A stretch of DNA of 50,285 bases from Bacteroidia bacterium (GCA_039914625.1 JBDSOU010000123.1:1-50285); one strand, 5' to 3'. Shown: positions 1 to 9,747, counted from the stretch's first letter. Notes: generated from the sequence alone by a model not told the origin. Numbers and translations: made by a program.

Positions 1-477
1 TTTTTTGATGATGCTGTCGAATGCTGAAATATCTGCAAGATAGGCTACCAGGAACTGGACTGATATGCCATGTGCAATCAGTGCCGGTGCATTAGCATCA
101 GCCACTTCTTTAATCTTTTTAAAATCCGCCAGGGCTTCTGTATCCGGCTCGCGTTTCAATTGGGTCTTGGTGAAATCAACACTTGCTGCCAATTGGTTAT
201 TGTTATTCTCAGCCGCCAGCGCCCTGATAGCTTTTACAATTTTCATGCTGTCATCGCCCATCAGCTCTTTCAGCAGGTTCTTATCGCGGACCAAGCCGAT
301 TATATCCATGCCGTCTTTTTGCTTTTGTTCGTTTAAAGCAATTTCAGCCATATTATCTTGGTGCTTTTGGGCATTAGTTGACACTATGGGATTGCCCTGG
401 TAATCCAACAAATGATCTGTTAAAATTTGCGATATCGAATTTCCCATTTCCTGAGAATTTTTTTGTTTTCTATTCAT
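1..477 (-). CDS. hypothetical protein, N-terminal part only (gene runs off the left edge)
   Basis: Read on the minus strand from ATG at 477..475, the frame stays open to position 1 (MNRKQKNSQEMGNSISQILTDHLLDYQGNPIV...ISAFDSIIKK, 159 codons). It is absent from the ORF track because it has no stop in the window. The + strand ORFs 65..403 and 70..336 are its antisense shadow. No family recognised. Confidence 0.6.
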   Translation of the reverse strand, partial: MNRKQKNSQEMGNSISQILTDHLLDYQGNPIVSTNAQKHQDNMAEIALNEQKQKDGMDIIGLVRDKNLLKELMGDDSMKIVKAIRALAAENNNNQLAASVDFTKTQLKREPDTEALADFKKIKEVADANAPALIAHGISVQFLVAYLADISAFDSIIKK

Positions 478-552
478 GCTTTTTATTTTTATTTTTTTTT
501 CTGTTATGTTCCTGTTATTTATTTTATATATTGGTTTATTTATTTTTCTGTT

Positions 553-600
553 TGTCTATTGTCTATTGTCTATTGTCTATTGTCTATCGTCTATCGTCTG
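553..600. repeat. heptanucleotide tandem repeat (TGTCTAT)5 followed by CGTCTAT-type variants
   Basis: Direct reading: tgtctat x5 (553-587), then cgtctat and cgtctg. It is intergenic, 75-125 nt upstream of the minus-strand ATG at 477. Confidence 0.9.
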
Positions 601-982
601 TTGCTTACTGTTCGCTGATGAACAATGTAAAAATACTGCTCTTTTGTTCGAAAGGTGAAGCAATTGTCTGGTCTGTTACACTTGTAACATTTTCAATAAA
701 AATTACGTTTAACTTGTAATTTTCAGCTATTCTAAATTACAAGTTATTCTCCGAAAAGCTCCGTAAAATAATTTTTAAATTGCTTTTTTTCTGAAAAACT
801 CACCGGTAAGATTTTTTATTGGTAACAGTAAAAATAAAAAGAAGCTGATAAAAATGGATGAAGAATTATTATTTTCTTACATAAATTACCTTCATTAAAG
901 TGCCCGATTTTATGAATTTGATTTGATCGGTGAGTTTCCTGTCAGAGATTTTCGTTTGTTAGAATGGTTGTAGCTCCGATCA

Positions 983-1019
983 CTGCATAGTCCCCGCGAA
1001 ATGGCGGGAGACTATGCAG
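983..1019 (+). repeat. REP-like hairpin element (family with copies at 3551, 9869, 10774)
   Basis: ctgcatagtccccgc-gaaat-ggcgggagactatgcag is an imperfect ~15-bp stem. It shares the core GTCCCG-AAA-(C)GGGAGACT with the other copies. Confidence 0.7.
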
Positions 1020-1287
1020 GTACCTAAACTTCTTGCCGGTTGGTTGCTTATATTATTGAGTAATAATTAGATCTGAAAACCATATCTTAAAATTTAGACG
1101 AAAAAGCTTTTAATTAATCTTCTTTTTTTTCTAACTTTGCTCATATTAATAAAATATAATTCTATAATGCAACAGTAAAATAAACTTTGCTGCTTTTGTT
1201 TTAATAATTCATAAGAATAGTCAGACACCAATTGCTAATAAACAAAACTTTCCCACTTATTAGTAAAGTAAAAAATAAATTATCAGC

Positions 1288-3393
1288 ATGAAAAAAATTT
1301 ACTTGTCATTATTGTTTGCAGGTCTTTTTGGCTCTGCAATTCCTGTAAATTCAAACGCACAACAAACCGATTGGTGCTTAACCGAAACGTTGTTTCAGCA
1401 AAAAGCAAAACAGGATCCTTCGCTCCTTAAAATTCGTGATCAGGTGGAACTTGAAACTCAAAAATACGTTGCTCAACATGCAGTGCAGAAAACGACTATG
1501 GTTCCAAAAATTATTCCTGTGGTGTTTCATGTTATTCACGAAGGCGGTCCCGAAAATATTTCAACTGCGCAAATATTGGATCAGCTTGATTCGCTGAATA
1601 AGGATTTCAGGCGGCTCAATGCAGATACTGTTGATACACCAGCACCTTTTAAACCATTAGCTGCTGATTGCAATATTGAATTCAGGCTGGCGCAATTAGA
1701 TCCCAATGGAAATTGCACCGATGGAATCACACGTCAATTTTCTCTTTTAACCACGAATGCGAATGATAATATAAAAGTTTTTGATTATTGGCCCAGCAAT
1801 GAATACCTTAATATTTGGATAGTGAAGAGCATTTATTTCCCTCCAACAACTTTTTTTTGCGGAGGGTACGCGCAGTTTCCGGGTGGCAATTCATTGACTG
1901 ATGGAATAGTTATGTGTGGTTACTATGTTGGAAGCATTGGAACAGCTGCCGGTAATGGTTATAATGGTCGTATAGCAACACATGAAATAGGGCATTGGTT
2001 AAACTTGAGACATATTTGGGGCGATGTACCCTGCGGAAATGACTTTGTTGCTGATACCCCCATTCAGAATGAGTCTAACGCTTGTCCGAATTTTCCTAAG
2101 ATAGATACCGCATGTAACAACGGACCTAATGGTGCAATGTTCACTGATTATATGGACTACACTTGGGGCGAATGCACGAACATGTTTTCCGAAGGACAAA
2201 GACTTCGTATGGAAGCCGCTTTGAATTCCACAACAAGTGGAAGAAATAATTTATGGAGCGCTGCTAATCTTACAGCTACCGGAACGGACGGAACACCTCC
2301 TGTTCTCTGTGCGCCTGTGGCAGATTTTCTTTCTGAAATAAAATTTATTTGTGAAGGAACCACGCTTGATTATAATGATGGATCAACAAATGGAGTTGTG
2401 ACTTCATGGGATTGGCAGTTTCCGGGAGGAACACCTTCCAGCTCCACATCACAAAATGTTTCCGTTCAATATAATTTACCTGGAACGTATGATGTAATTC
2501 TTACAGCTACCAATGCTGCAGGAAGCAGTACCAAAACTGCTGCGGGTATGGTAGTAGTTAGTCCTGCGCAAGGCATTTCAGCTGTTCCTTTTAATGAAGG
2601 GTTTGAATCAATCATTATTCCCGGTAATGATTGGTATGTTTTAAATGATGCCGGAACTACGTGGGAGGAAACTTCAGTTGCAGCTCACACCGGTTTTACC
2701 AGCATGAGAATTTTTAATTATACAGGCAACCCATCAGGCACTTATGATAATTTAATCACTACAAGCTTTGACCTTTCAAATGTTTCCAATACGCAAATGT
2801 ATTTCTGGAGAGCATTTGCTTATCGCTCAAATACCACAACCGATGCGCTTAAAATTTATGCATCCACCAGCTGTGGTCAGCTTTGGAACCTGCGTTATAC
2901 CAAAACAGGAACTGCTTTATCAACTGCCGGACTTGTTACTTCTAATTTCACCCCAATTGGTTCTCAGTGGTCTCAGGACAATGTGAATCTTGCACCAAGT
3001 AGTGTTTCGGGTCATGCTAATGTTCGATTCAAATTTGAATACAAGCAGGATTCCGGTAACAACCTGTATTTAGACGATATTATCCTTTCAGGCACAGTTG
3101 GTTTAAATGAAATAAATGCCCTGCATGCAAACTTTGAAGTTTTTCCTAATCCTGCCCATGCCAAAGCGCACATTTCATTTTCACTCACAGAAAAAAATAA
3201 CGTGCAGTTAAAAATTTATGATGTCGCTGGTCGCGAAGTAAAAACAATGGTCGAAAAAAGCCTGTCTGCCGGAGAATATCAGTATGATGTAGAATCAACT
3301 ATTGATAACGGAATTTATTTTATCAGCTTAACAATAGGTGACAGCCAAAGTGTAAAAAAATTAGTTCTTAATACTGCAAACGGGATAGATTAG
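1288..3393 (+). CDS. secreted zinc metalloprotease (M43/pappalysin-cytophagalysin-like metzincin) with PKD-like and MAM-like modules and a T9SS C-terminal sorting domain
   Basis: 701-aa ORF with signal peptide MKKIYLSLLFAGLFGSAIPVNSNAQ. HEIGHWLNLRHIWGD matches the HExxHxxxxxH zinc site. PKD-like WDWQFPGGTP...GTYDVILTATNAAGS is present. The C-terminus FEVFPNPAHAKAHISF...GIYFISL...KKLVL is typical of T9SS type-A CTDs. Confidence 0.85.
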   Translation: MKKIYLSLLFAGLFGSAIPVNSNAQQTDWCLTETLFQQKAKQDPSLLKIRDQVELETQKYVAQHAVQKTTMVPKIIPVVFHVIHEGGPENISTAQILDQLDSLNKDFRRLNADTVDTPAPFKPLAADCNIEFRLAQLDPNGNCTDGITRQFSLLTTNANDNIKVFDYWPSNEYLNIWIVKSIYFPPTTFFCGGYAQFPGGNSLTDGIVMCGYYVGSIGTAAGNGYNGRIATHEIGHWLNLRHIWGDVPCGNDFVADTPIQNESNACPNFPKIDTACNNGPNGAMFTDYMDYTWGECTNMFSEGQRLRMEAALNSTTSGRNNLWSAANLTATGTDGTPPVLCAPVADFLSEIKFICEGTTLDYNDGSTNGVVTSWDWQFPGGTPSSSTSQNVSVQYNLPGTYDVILTATNAAGSSTKTAAGMVVVSPAQGISAVPFNEGFESIIIPGNDWYVLNDAGTTWEETSVAAHTGFTSMRIFNYTGNPSGTYDNLITTSFDLSNVSNTQMYFWRAFAYRSNTTTDALKIYASTSCGQLWNLRYTKTGTALSTAGLVTSNFTPIGSQWSQDNVNLAPSSVSGHANVRFKFEYKQDSGNNLYLDDIILSGTVGLNEINALHANFEVFPNPAHAKAHISFSLTEKNNVQLKIYDVAGREVKTMVEKSLSAGEYQYDVESTIDNGIYFISLTIGDSQSVKKLVLNTANGID

Positions 3394-3480
3394 TGCACTT
3401 ATTATTCCACCTGAGTAACCAGATATATCGGGATTACGGACTTACGAACTACGAACTTACAAATTGGCGCGGCTTTTCAC

Positions 3481-3506
3481 CATCGTCCGTGGCCACACGG
3501 ACGATG
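3481..3506. other. perfect 11-bp-stem GC-rich hairpin (catcgtccgtg-gcca-cacggacgatg) in the spacer after the protease gene
   Basis: Direct reading. No U-tract follows on either strand, so it is not a canonical intrinsic terminator. Confidence 0.6.
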
Positions 3507-3550
3507 AAACTGTAAACCTATTGTTATTTATAAACAAATTGTTTTTACGT

Positions 3551-3582
3551 CCTTGCTGACTCCCCGTTTTCGGGACGCTGCG
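3551..3582 (-). repeat. REP-like hairpin element, inverted-orientation copy
   Basis: The reverse complement cgcagcgtcccgaaaacggggagtcagcaagg aligns with cattgcagtgtcccgaaatgggagactcagaaaagg at 10774-10806. Confidence 0.65.
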
Positions 3583-3646
3583 TAAAGGATTGTCGAAAAA
3601 AATATTTAAATTTAAAGGGAACATTTACCCCAAAAAATATTTAATA

Positions 3647-6600
3647 ATGAAAATCCATTTCCTCTCACTTGCAATTCTTATTTGTGGAATCCAGTTTTCT
3701 GTTGCTCAAAAAAAATCTTTATCGAATAGTGCAAAGAATGCCGGCCTGAAAGAAACATACAGCAAACAACTTTATTCCGGAATGAAATGGCGCAGCATCG
3801 GTCCATACCAGGGGGGCAGATCACTAACAGCGAGCGGAGTAGTTGGTAATCCTTTAATCTATTATCTTGGTGCAACGGGTGGCGGAGTTTGGAAAACAAT
3901 TGATGGCGGAAATACCTGGGTTGCTGTTTCAGATTCTAATTTTCATTCAGCATCAGTGGGTGCTTTGGCTGTTGCTCCAAGTGACCCGAATGTTATTTAT
4001 GCCGGGATGGGTGAAGCTGCAATTCGGAACACCGCCATTATGGGTGATGGAATTTATAAAACTATAGATGCGGGAAAAACCTGGAAGCATGTCCTCACAC
4101 TTGAAGCATCTGCAACAGGAAGAATAATTATTCATCCGAAAAATTCCGACATTGCTTTTGCAGCTATTACAGGTAAAATGTTTGGCGTGAACAAAGAGCG
4201 TGGCATATACCGGACAAAGGACGGAGGAAAATCATGGGAGCAGATTCTTTTTAAGAACGACAGCACAGGTGCAATTGATATAGATTTCGATCCCTCTAAC
4301 CCCAACATCATTTATGCTTCTTTATGGCAGGTGAACCGCAAACCGTGGGCGCTCGCAAGCGGAGGATCGGGCAGCGGGTTATATAAAAGCATTGACGGAG
4401 GAGACACATGGAATTCGCTTTCGCAAAACCCCGGAATGCCGAAAGGATTGTTAGGTAAAATCTGCATTGCTGTTTCCGCTACTAACCCTCAACGGGTTTA
4501 TGCGATGATTGAAAACAAAGAGCATCCCGGTTTATACAGAAGTGATAATGCCGGAAAAACCTGGGACACGGCTTCCGCAAAAAATGATCTTTCACAGCGA
4601 CCGTGGTATTTCTCTGAAATTTTTTGTGATCCGAATAATGAAAATGTTCTTTATGTAAGCAATGTTGAATTCTGGAAGTCCATTGACGGAGGAATGACAT
4701 TTTCAAAAATTATTCAAGAGCATGGCGACAATCATGATATGTGGATCAATCCGATCAACTCTGATAATTTTATTATTGCTGATGATGGAAGTGCTTCAGT
4801 AACTTTCAATGGAGGCAGAACATGGACGAGTGAAGATTTACCAACAGGTCAATTTTATCATGTGAATCTCGATAATGATTTTCCGTATCACGCTTATGGA
4901 GGTCAGCAGGATTGGGGACCTATAAGAATAGCAACAAGAACTTACGGAGAATCCATCGGGAGAAGTGACTGGTATTATCCTGCCGGAGGCGAAGCAGGAT
5001 ATATTGTTCCTGACCCGGTTGATGCTACCATTTCTTATGGCGGTGAATATGATGGCATCATGAGTCGTCATGATAAAAAGAATGAGCAGTACCAGAGTAT
5101 TTCTGTCTATCCATTAATCAATGATGGATGGGGTGCAAACTTTTCGAAGAATCGTTTTGCATGGACCTACCCGATTTCTTTTTCACCATTTAACAACAAT
5201 GTGATGTACTGCACTTCTCAATTTGTACATCGTACGCATAACGGAGGGATGAGCTGGGAAACCATTTCACCGGACCTTACCCGTAACGATACTTCAAAAC
5301 AATTACAAAGCGGAGGACCTATTACACCCGACAACACAGGCGCTGAAATTTATTGTACGGTTTATGCTTTCGCAGAATCACCGGCTAAGCAGGGTGAACT
5401 ATGGGCGGGGAGTGATGACGGACTTATTCATTTGAGTAAAGATGATGGAAAATCCTGGAGTGATGTTACACCAAAAGGTTTACTTGCATGGTCAACGGTA
5501 AGCATTATTGAGCCATCTCATTTTGATGCAGGCACTTGTTTTTTTGCAGCACACCGTTACCGTCTTGATGATACGCATCCATATATATATCGTACTACAG
5601 ATTATGGAAAAACATGGACACTAATTACAGATGGCTTGCCAGTGAATGTGAATTCCCGCTGTGTACGTGAAGACCCGAACAAAAAAAATCTATTGTATGC
5701 AGGAACTGAAACAGGCGTTTATATTTCCTTCAACAATGGTGATAGCTGGCAATCCATGCAACTGAATCTCCCGGTCACTCCTGTTCATGACATGCAGGTA
5801 AAGAAAGATTTAAAAGATCTTGTTATAGCTACACATGGGAGGGGATTTTGGGTGCTTGATGATTTAACTCCGTTTTATCAAAAGAGTGATTCCCTTTCAA
5901 ATGCTGACTACTGGTTGTATCAGCCCAATGAAGCTATTCGTATGGATGGAAAACAATTGGATCCTGAAAAAGATGAAACGATTAAAAAACAAGTTGGCAC
6001 CAATGCGCCCAATGGAGTCATAGTTGATTATTATCTGAAACAAAAACCAACAGGCGAAATCAGATTGGTTTTCTATGAATCAGATGGCGACAGCATTATT
6101 ACATTCTCCAATAAGTTTGATAAGTACGGAGAACCGCTGAAGCAGAAGGAAAATTTTTATGAAGACCCGAAACATAAAGAAGAAATTCTGCCGGCTGACA
6201 GCGGCATGAATCGTTTTGTGTGGAATATGTCCTATCCTGATGTAAAACATTTTGAAGAAGAATACTGGGCTGCAGGTTCGCTTGCAGGTCCTAAAGCACT
6301 TCCCGGAAATTATACTGTGAAGCTGATGAAAGGAGATACGCTGTTGATGAAAAGAAATTTTTCCATCGTGTTAAACCCGAAAGTAAAAACATCGCAGGAG
6401 GATTTGAAAGCGCAGTTTGATTTAATGATGAAAGTGAACAAGAAACAAAATGAAATCATCAGGGCTGTCTTGCAGATAAGAGGTGTACAAAGCCAGGTAA
6501 ATAATTTCGTAAACAGTTTCAGCGACAGCACCAAAATCATGTCGCTGAAAAAAGTTGCAAAACCATTACTTGATTCCCTGCAAACTATTGGCGATACACT

Positions 6601-6868
6601 CATCAATTCCAAAATCAAAGCAAATGAAGATGTGCTGCGTTACCCGATGCAATTAGTTGAGCGCTACGGTTCATTGCAGGATTTTATCCGTGGTGCCGAT
6701 GCCAAACCAACTGAACAGGAGACTAAAGTTTTTGAAGAACTGAATACGAGATTAACTCCTGAATTAAAACGCCTGCAAAATGTTTTTGATAAACAGATTC
6801 CTGCATTCAATAATGCAGTGAAACAACTGGAGTTAAATGTTGTTGATCCTGCGCGAGCGATAAAGTAA
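3647..6868 (+). CDS. secreted BNR/Asp-box repeat protein of the sortilin/VPS10-like (glycosyl-hydrolase-like beta-propeller) family
   Basis: The ORF 3590..6868 opens on TTG. I prefer the ATG at 3647, which gives the signal peptide MKIHFLSLAILICGIQFSVAQ. At least 10 Asp-box motifs are present (TIDGGNTW, TIDAGKTW, TKDGGKSW, SIDGGDTW, SDNAGKTW, SIDGGMTF, HNGGMSW, SKDDGKSW, TTDYGKTW, NNGDSW). The ~1070-aa length is typical of this family. Confidence 0.85.
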   Translation: MKIHFLSLAILICGIQFSVAQKKSLSNSAKNAGLKETYSKQLYSGMKWRSIGPYQGGRSLTASGVVGNPLIYYLGATGGGVWKTIDGGNTWVAVSDSNFHSASVGALAVAPSDPNVIYAGMGEAAIRNTAIMGDGIYKTIDAGKTWKHVLTLEASATGRIIIHPKNSDIAFAAITGKMFGVNKERGIYRTKDGGKSWEQILFKNDSTGAIDIDFDPSNPNIIYASLWQVNRKPWALASGGSGSGLYKSIDGGDTWNSLSQNPGMPKGLLGKICIAVSATNPQRVYAMIENKEHPGLYRSDNAGKTWDTASAKNDLSQRPWYFSEIFCDPNNENVLYVSNVEFWKSIDGGMTFSKIIQEHGDNHDMWINPINSDNFIIADDGSASVTFNGGRTWTSEDLPTGQFYHVNLDNDFPYHAYGGQQDWGPIRIATRTYGESIGRSDWYYPAGGEAGYIVPDPVDATISYGGEYDGIMSRHDKKNEQYQSISVYPLINDGWGANFSKNRFAWTYPISFSPFNNNVMYCTSQFVHRTHNGGMSWETISPDLTRNDTSKQLQSGGPITPDNTGAEIYCTVYAFAESPAKQGELWAGSDDGLIHLSKDDGKSWSDVTPKGLLAWSTVSIIEPSHFDAGTCFFAAHRYRLDDTHPYIYRTTDYGKTWTLITDGLPVNVNSRCVREDPNKKNLLYAGTETGVYISFNNGDSWQSMQLNLPVTPVHDMQVKKDLKDLVIATHGRGFWVLDDLTPFYQKSDSLSNADYWLYQPNEAIRMDGKQLDPEKDETIKKQVGTNAPNGVIVDYYLKQKPTGEIRLVFYESDGDSIITFSNKFDKYGEPLKQKENFYEDPKHKEEILPADSGMNRFVWNMSYPDVKHFEEEYWAAGSLAGPKALPGNYTVKLMKGDTLLMKRNFSIVLNPKVKTSQEDLKAQFDLMMKVNKKQNEIIRAVLQIRGVQSQVNNFVNSFSDSTKIMSLKKVAKPLLDSLQTIGDTLINSKIKANEDVLRYPMQLVERYGSLQDFIRGADAKPTEQETKVFEELNTRLTPELKRLQNVFDKQIPAFNNAVKQLELNVVDPARAIK

Positions 6869-6935
6869 TAAAAAAAATTACACCCTTGCTGGTGTTGCGC
6901 AGGGGTTTGTGAAAAAATGCACCGGCAAACTTCGG

Positions 6936-6992
6936 AGAAAAAAATTACTTTTGGGTTGATGAAATCAGATGGGGGTAAACACAAGCTGCAGC
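6936..6992 (+). repeat. intergenic repeat family, partial copy R1
   Basis: gagaaaaaaattacttttgggttgatgaaatcag aligns with ggaaataaaattacttttgggtttattaaatta (9833-) and ggaaataggattatttttgggttcatgaagtta (10738-). Confidence 0.6.
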
Positions 6993-7002
6993 CAAAAATT
7001 AA

Positions 7003-9195
7003 ATGATCAAAAAAAATATTTTAATATTCTTTATTTTTCACTCCTTTTTTTCTTTTTCTAATAATAAAGATATTCCAAATTTTGTTAAGCTTTTTCCTCA
7101 TCCGATATTACCGGAATTAAAAATCTCGGAATTAGAATTAAAGGATTCGATTGTCTATTTATCGTTTGACAAAGGCGTGGTTTTGTATGATCGAACTTTA
7201 AATAAATGGCAAGAATTTCAGAAACTTAAAGGATATGAAAAATATGGTAAAATAAATCAAATCTATAGATGGAAGAATCACTTATTTATTCTTCTTGATA
7301 AGGCAACGATTATCAAATCCTCAAATAAAAGTGAAAAATTAATTTATAAATCACTTTTGAAATTATTTTATAATAACGACAGGATATATTCCCTTGCTTC
7401 CGATACTATTACTTACCTTGATGGCTATATGATTGCTATTCGTGATGTCAGAAAGAGAAAATCTAAATATAAGAATTCTCCCATGCAAGTAGAAAATAAA
7501 AACTATATTTTTCAATTCAACCTGAAAAACGATTCTATTAGCTTAAAAGAAACTAAACTGAAAGGCTCACTTGCAAGCATTCATACTTACGAATTTTTTG
7601 AAAATGAATTTTGGATTTCGTCTACCAATTCTTGCATGGATTGCTATGTAAGCTATTATAATTGCAGAATTTCACTTAATGGAGATGTAATAGAACTGGA
7701 AAAAATAAATAACATTTCAGTTCTTATTCAATTTTTAAAATCATACCACGATACGTTATTAATTTTTACTGATAGCACAATTTACAAGTACAAAAATGAC
7801 AATTGGGTTAACACAAATTTTTCGTTTAAAAACGTTTATGATTTTTATCAATACTCCGCTTTCCCAACTGTAAAATCTTATCAGACATTTAATGACTCAA
7901 TATTTATAATTCCTGCCGGTTATCTTAATCGTAATGAAGCGTATTTCATTAATTTCATTAAATCTCGATTAGATACAATTCGTTTTAATATTCCGTTTTA
8001 TTGCAATAATTGTCTTAGTGACGCAATGTTTCTGAAAAATTACTTTTTTGCATTATTTTCAACTCAAAATCATGTTGTTCGTTACGAGCTTGGCAACTTT
8101 AGTAAACGTAAATATTATCCAATTAAAGATTTTTTGCAAAACACTGATTACAATGTAAATTATAATGAAGTCCGCAATATAGCAGAAGATAAGAAAGAAA
8201 TATGGCTTTGCACTCAAGACAGGGGAATTTATAGGTATCAGAAAAAATCGAATAAATGGCAAGCATATTCAGATTACATCGAAGATTATACATTGATAAG
8301 ACCGGGGAAATACGCTACTGACACAACTGGATATGAAAATTTAAGGGTTTTTGTGGAGGATATAACCTTGAGTGAAAATTATATTTTCTTCAATATGGTT
8401 AACGATGATAATCAGAGGAAATATTTAATTTTTGATCGAAAGGCAAATAAGTTCAACACATATACAGAAAATGATTTTAGGAATGAATTTGTATTTAATA
8501 AAATAGAAAAATTAATTTATTCAGAAAATAAAGACTTGTGTGACAATATTGTTAAATATGCGGGTTCATGGGCTACTTTTTTATTTTTTAATAAAATATC
8601 AGGAAATTCACCTTTGAATATAACAGGAGAAGATTATGCTTTTGTTTCTTACTATAAGCTTGATGGAAGTGATTATGGAAATTGCATTGTAGAATGGGAT
8701 TATAAGACTAAAAAGTTACTAAATTTCAAGATACCCCATACATTCCCTCATTTTCAAACTTCTTGTATTCCTTATAATATTGCAGGTAACAAAAATGCCG
8801 TTTGGATCCATGGATGGTGCAATGACAATACTGGATTGATAAAGCTTTATACCAGTGATGGTTCAATACAAGATGAATATAATATAGCAAAAGATTTAAA
8901 GAACTTGAGAATGGTGAAATATCTTAATCATTTTCTTGTTATTTATAAAGATTATTCAAAACTTATCGGATATGACCTTCACAATTTATCTGTTTTTGAA
9001 TTATCTTCTTCTGCATGGTGGATGAGTGTAGCATCTAATTACGTTTTTTGGACTGACGATGGCAAAATATTTTATTATTCTACAAAAACTAAAACAAAGG
9101 ATATTTTAAATTTTAAAAATTCTGATATTGTCAGAAACGGAAACCATTTTTATATTTCATCAAAAAATGAAATTATGCGATTAGTAGAAAAATAA
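7003..9195 (+). CDS. hypothetical secreted protein encoded by a strongly AT-rich gene
   Basis: A 730-codon open frame in very AT-rich DNA would be rare by chance, because stop codons are frequent there. The hydrophobic N-terminus is MIKKNILIFFIFHSFFSFS. One segment (IWLCTQDRGIYRYQKKSNKWQAY) resembles a Reg_prop-type beta-propeller blade. No family recognised otherwise. Confidence 0.75.
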   Translation: MIKKNILIFFIFHSFFSFSNNKDIPNFVKLFPHPILPELKISELELKDSIVYLSFDKGVVLYDRTLNKWQEFQKLKGYEKYGKINQIYRWKNHLFILLDKATIIKSSNKSEKLIYKSLLKLFYNNDRIYSLASDTITYLDGYMIAIRDVRKRKSKYKNSPMQVENKNYIFQFNLKNDSISLKETKLKGSLASIHTYEFFENEFWISSTNSCMDCYVSYYNCRISLNGDVIELEKINNISVLIQFLKSYHDTLLIFTDSTIYKYKNDNWVNTNFSFKNVYDFYQYSAFPTVKSYQTFNDSIFIIPAGYLNRNEAYFINFIKSRLDTIRFNIPFYCNNCLSDAMFLKNYFFALFSTQNHVVRYELGNFSKRKYYPIKDFLQNTDYNVNYNEVRNIAEDKKEIWLCTQDRGIYRYQKKSNKWQAYSDYIEDYTLIRPGKYATDTTGYENLRVFVEDITLSENYIFFNMVNDDNQRKYLIFDRKANKFNTYTENDFRNEFVFNKIEKLIYSENKDLCDNIVKYAGSWATFLFFNKISGNSPLNITGEDYAFVSYYKLDGSDYGNCIVEWDYKTKKLLNFKIPHTFPHFQTSCIPYNIAGNKNAVWIHGWCNDNTGLIKLYTSDGSIQDEYNIAKDLKNLRMVKYLNHFLVIYKDYSKLIGYDLHNLSVFELSSSAWWMSVASNYVFWTDDGKIFYYSTKTKTKDILNFKNSDIVRNGNHFYISSKNEIMRLVEK

Positions 9196-9253
9196 AATCA
9201 CTCATACTCCTTTGCAGCCCACAACCTGTCATGAAACCCAACACCCGAGTCAG

Positions 9254-9322
9254 GTTAACGAAGTTTCCTTTTGGATTTTTATTTTTTCAAACCTGCCGTT
9301 GAAAAAAACTGCCTGCAAGAAC
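9254..9322 (+). repeat. intergenic repeat family, collapsed copy R2
   Basis: It starts gttaacgaagtttcc...tttttatttt like 9748- and 11461-, and ends ctgcctgcaagaac like the 3' end of copy R3 (gactgcaagaac, 9891-9902). The internal part is missing. Confidence 0.6.
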
Positions 9323-9377
9323 ATAAGTTTCAACTAATTTTACGTTTCTCTACCATGAACCATAAGTTGAGCTATCT

Positions 9378-9725
9378 ATGCCTGCAGCAATATACCGGGT
9401 TTACGTTATAGAATTGCGTAAGAAAGTATTTACAGAAAATGCCAGGTTCCGGGCTGCCAATCCGCAATTCAACGGAGTGTTAGAGTGTCTCTATGTAGGC
9501 ATGACAAGCAAGGATCCCAAAGAACGGTTCACACAACACATAACAGGATACAGAAACAGGAAAGGACACAAACTATCTTCAAACATTGTTCAAAAATATG
9601 GCAGTTACCTGCGTCCGAGCCTGTACAATCATTTAGATCTGATGATCCGCACAGAGGCGCTTAAGATGGAGAAACAACTCGCTTTGGAATTGCGAAGGCA
9701 GCGCTATGCGGTTTGGTTTAATTGA
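9378..9725 (+). CDS. small GIY-YIG-like (URI-domain) protein
   Basis: 115 aa. YRVYVIEL...LYVGMTSKDPKERFTQH...E...LA.ELRRQRYAVW fits the GIY-YIG pattern: a beta-hairpin Y-x-Y, then Y-V-G-x-T, a conserved R and a downstream E. The spacer between the two motifs is longer than in classical homing endonucleases. Confidence 0.6.
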   Translation: MPAAIYRVYVIELRKKVFTENARFRAANPQFNGVLECLYVGMTSKDPKERFTQHITGYRNRKGHKLSSNIVQKYGSYLRPSLYNHLDLMIRTEALKMEKQLALELRRQRYAVWFN

Positions 9726-9747
9726 AATGCAACCCGCAATCCGTTAG

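Noticed and set aside
65-403. + strand ORFs 65..403 (112 aa) and 70..336 (88 aa)
   Set aside because: They lie antisense to a better ORF that is open from 477 to the window edge on the minus strand. Their products are low-complexity (Ala/Ser/Leu/Phe-rich) with no motifs.
378-719. Three overlapping + strand ORFs (378..719, 427..618, 476..658)
   Set aside because: They are translations of a T-rich spacer and of the heptanucleotide repeat (LSIVYCLLSIVY...). All three frames are open only because of low complexity.
3590-3646. TTG start at 3590 for the BNR/sortilin-like gene
   Set aside because: The ATG at 3647 gives a canonical signal peptide (MKIHFLSLAILICGIQFSVAQ). The upstream extension overlaps the REP-like hairpin region.
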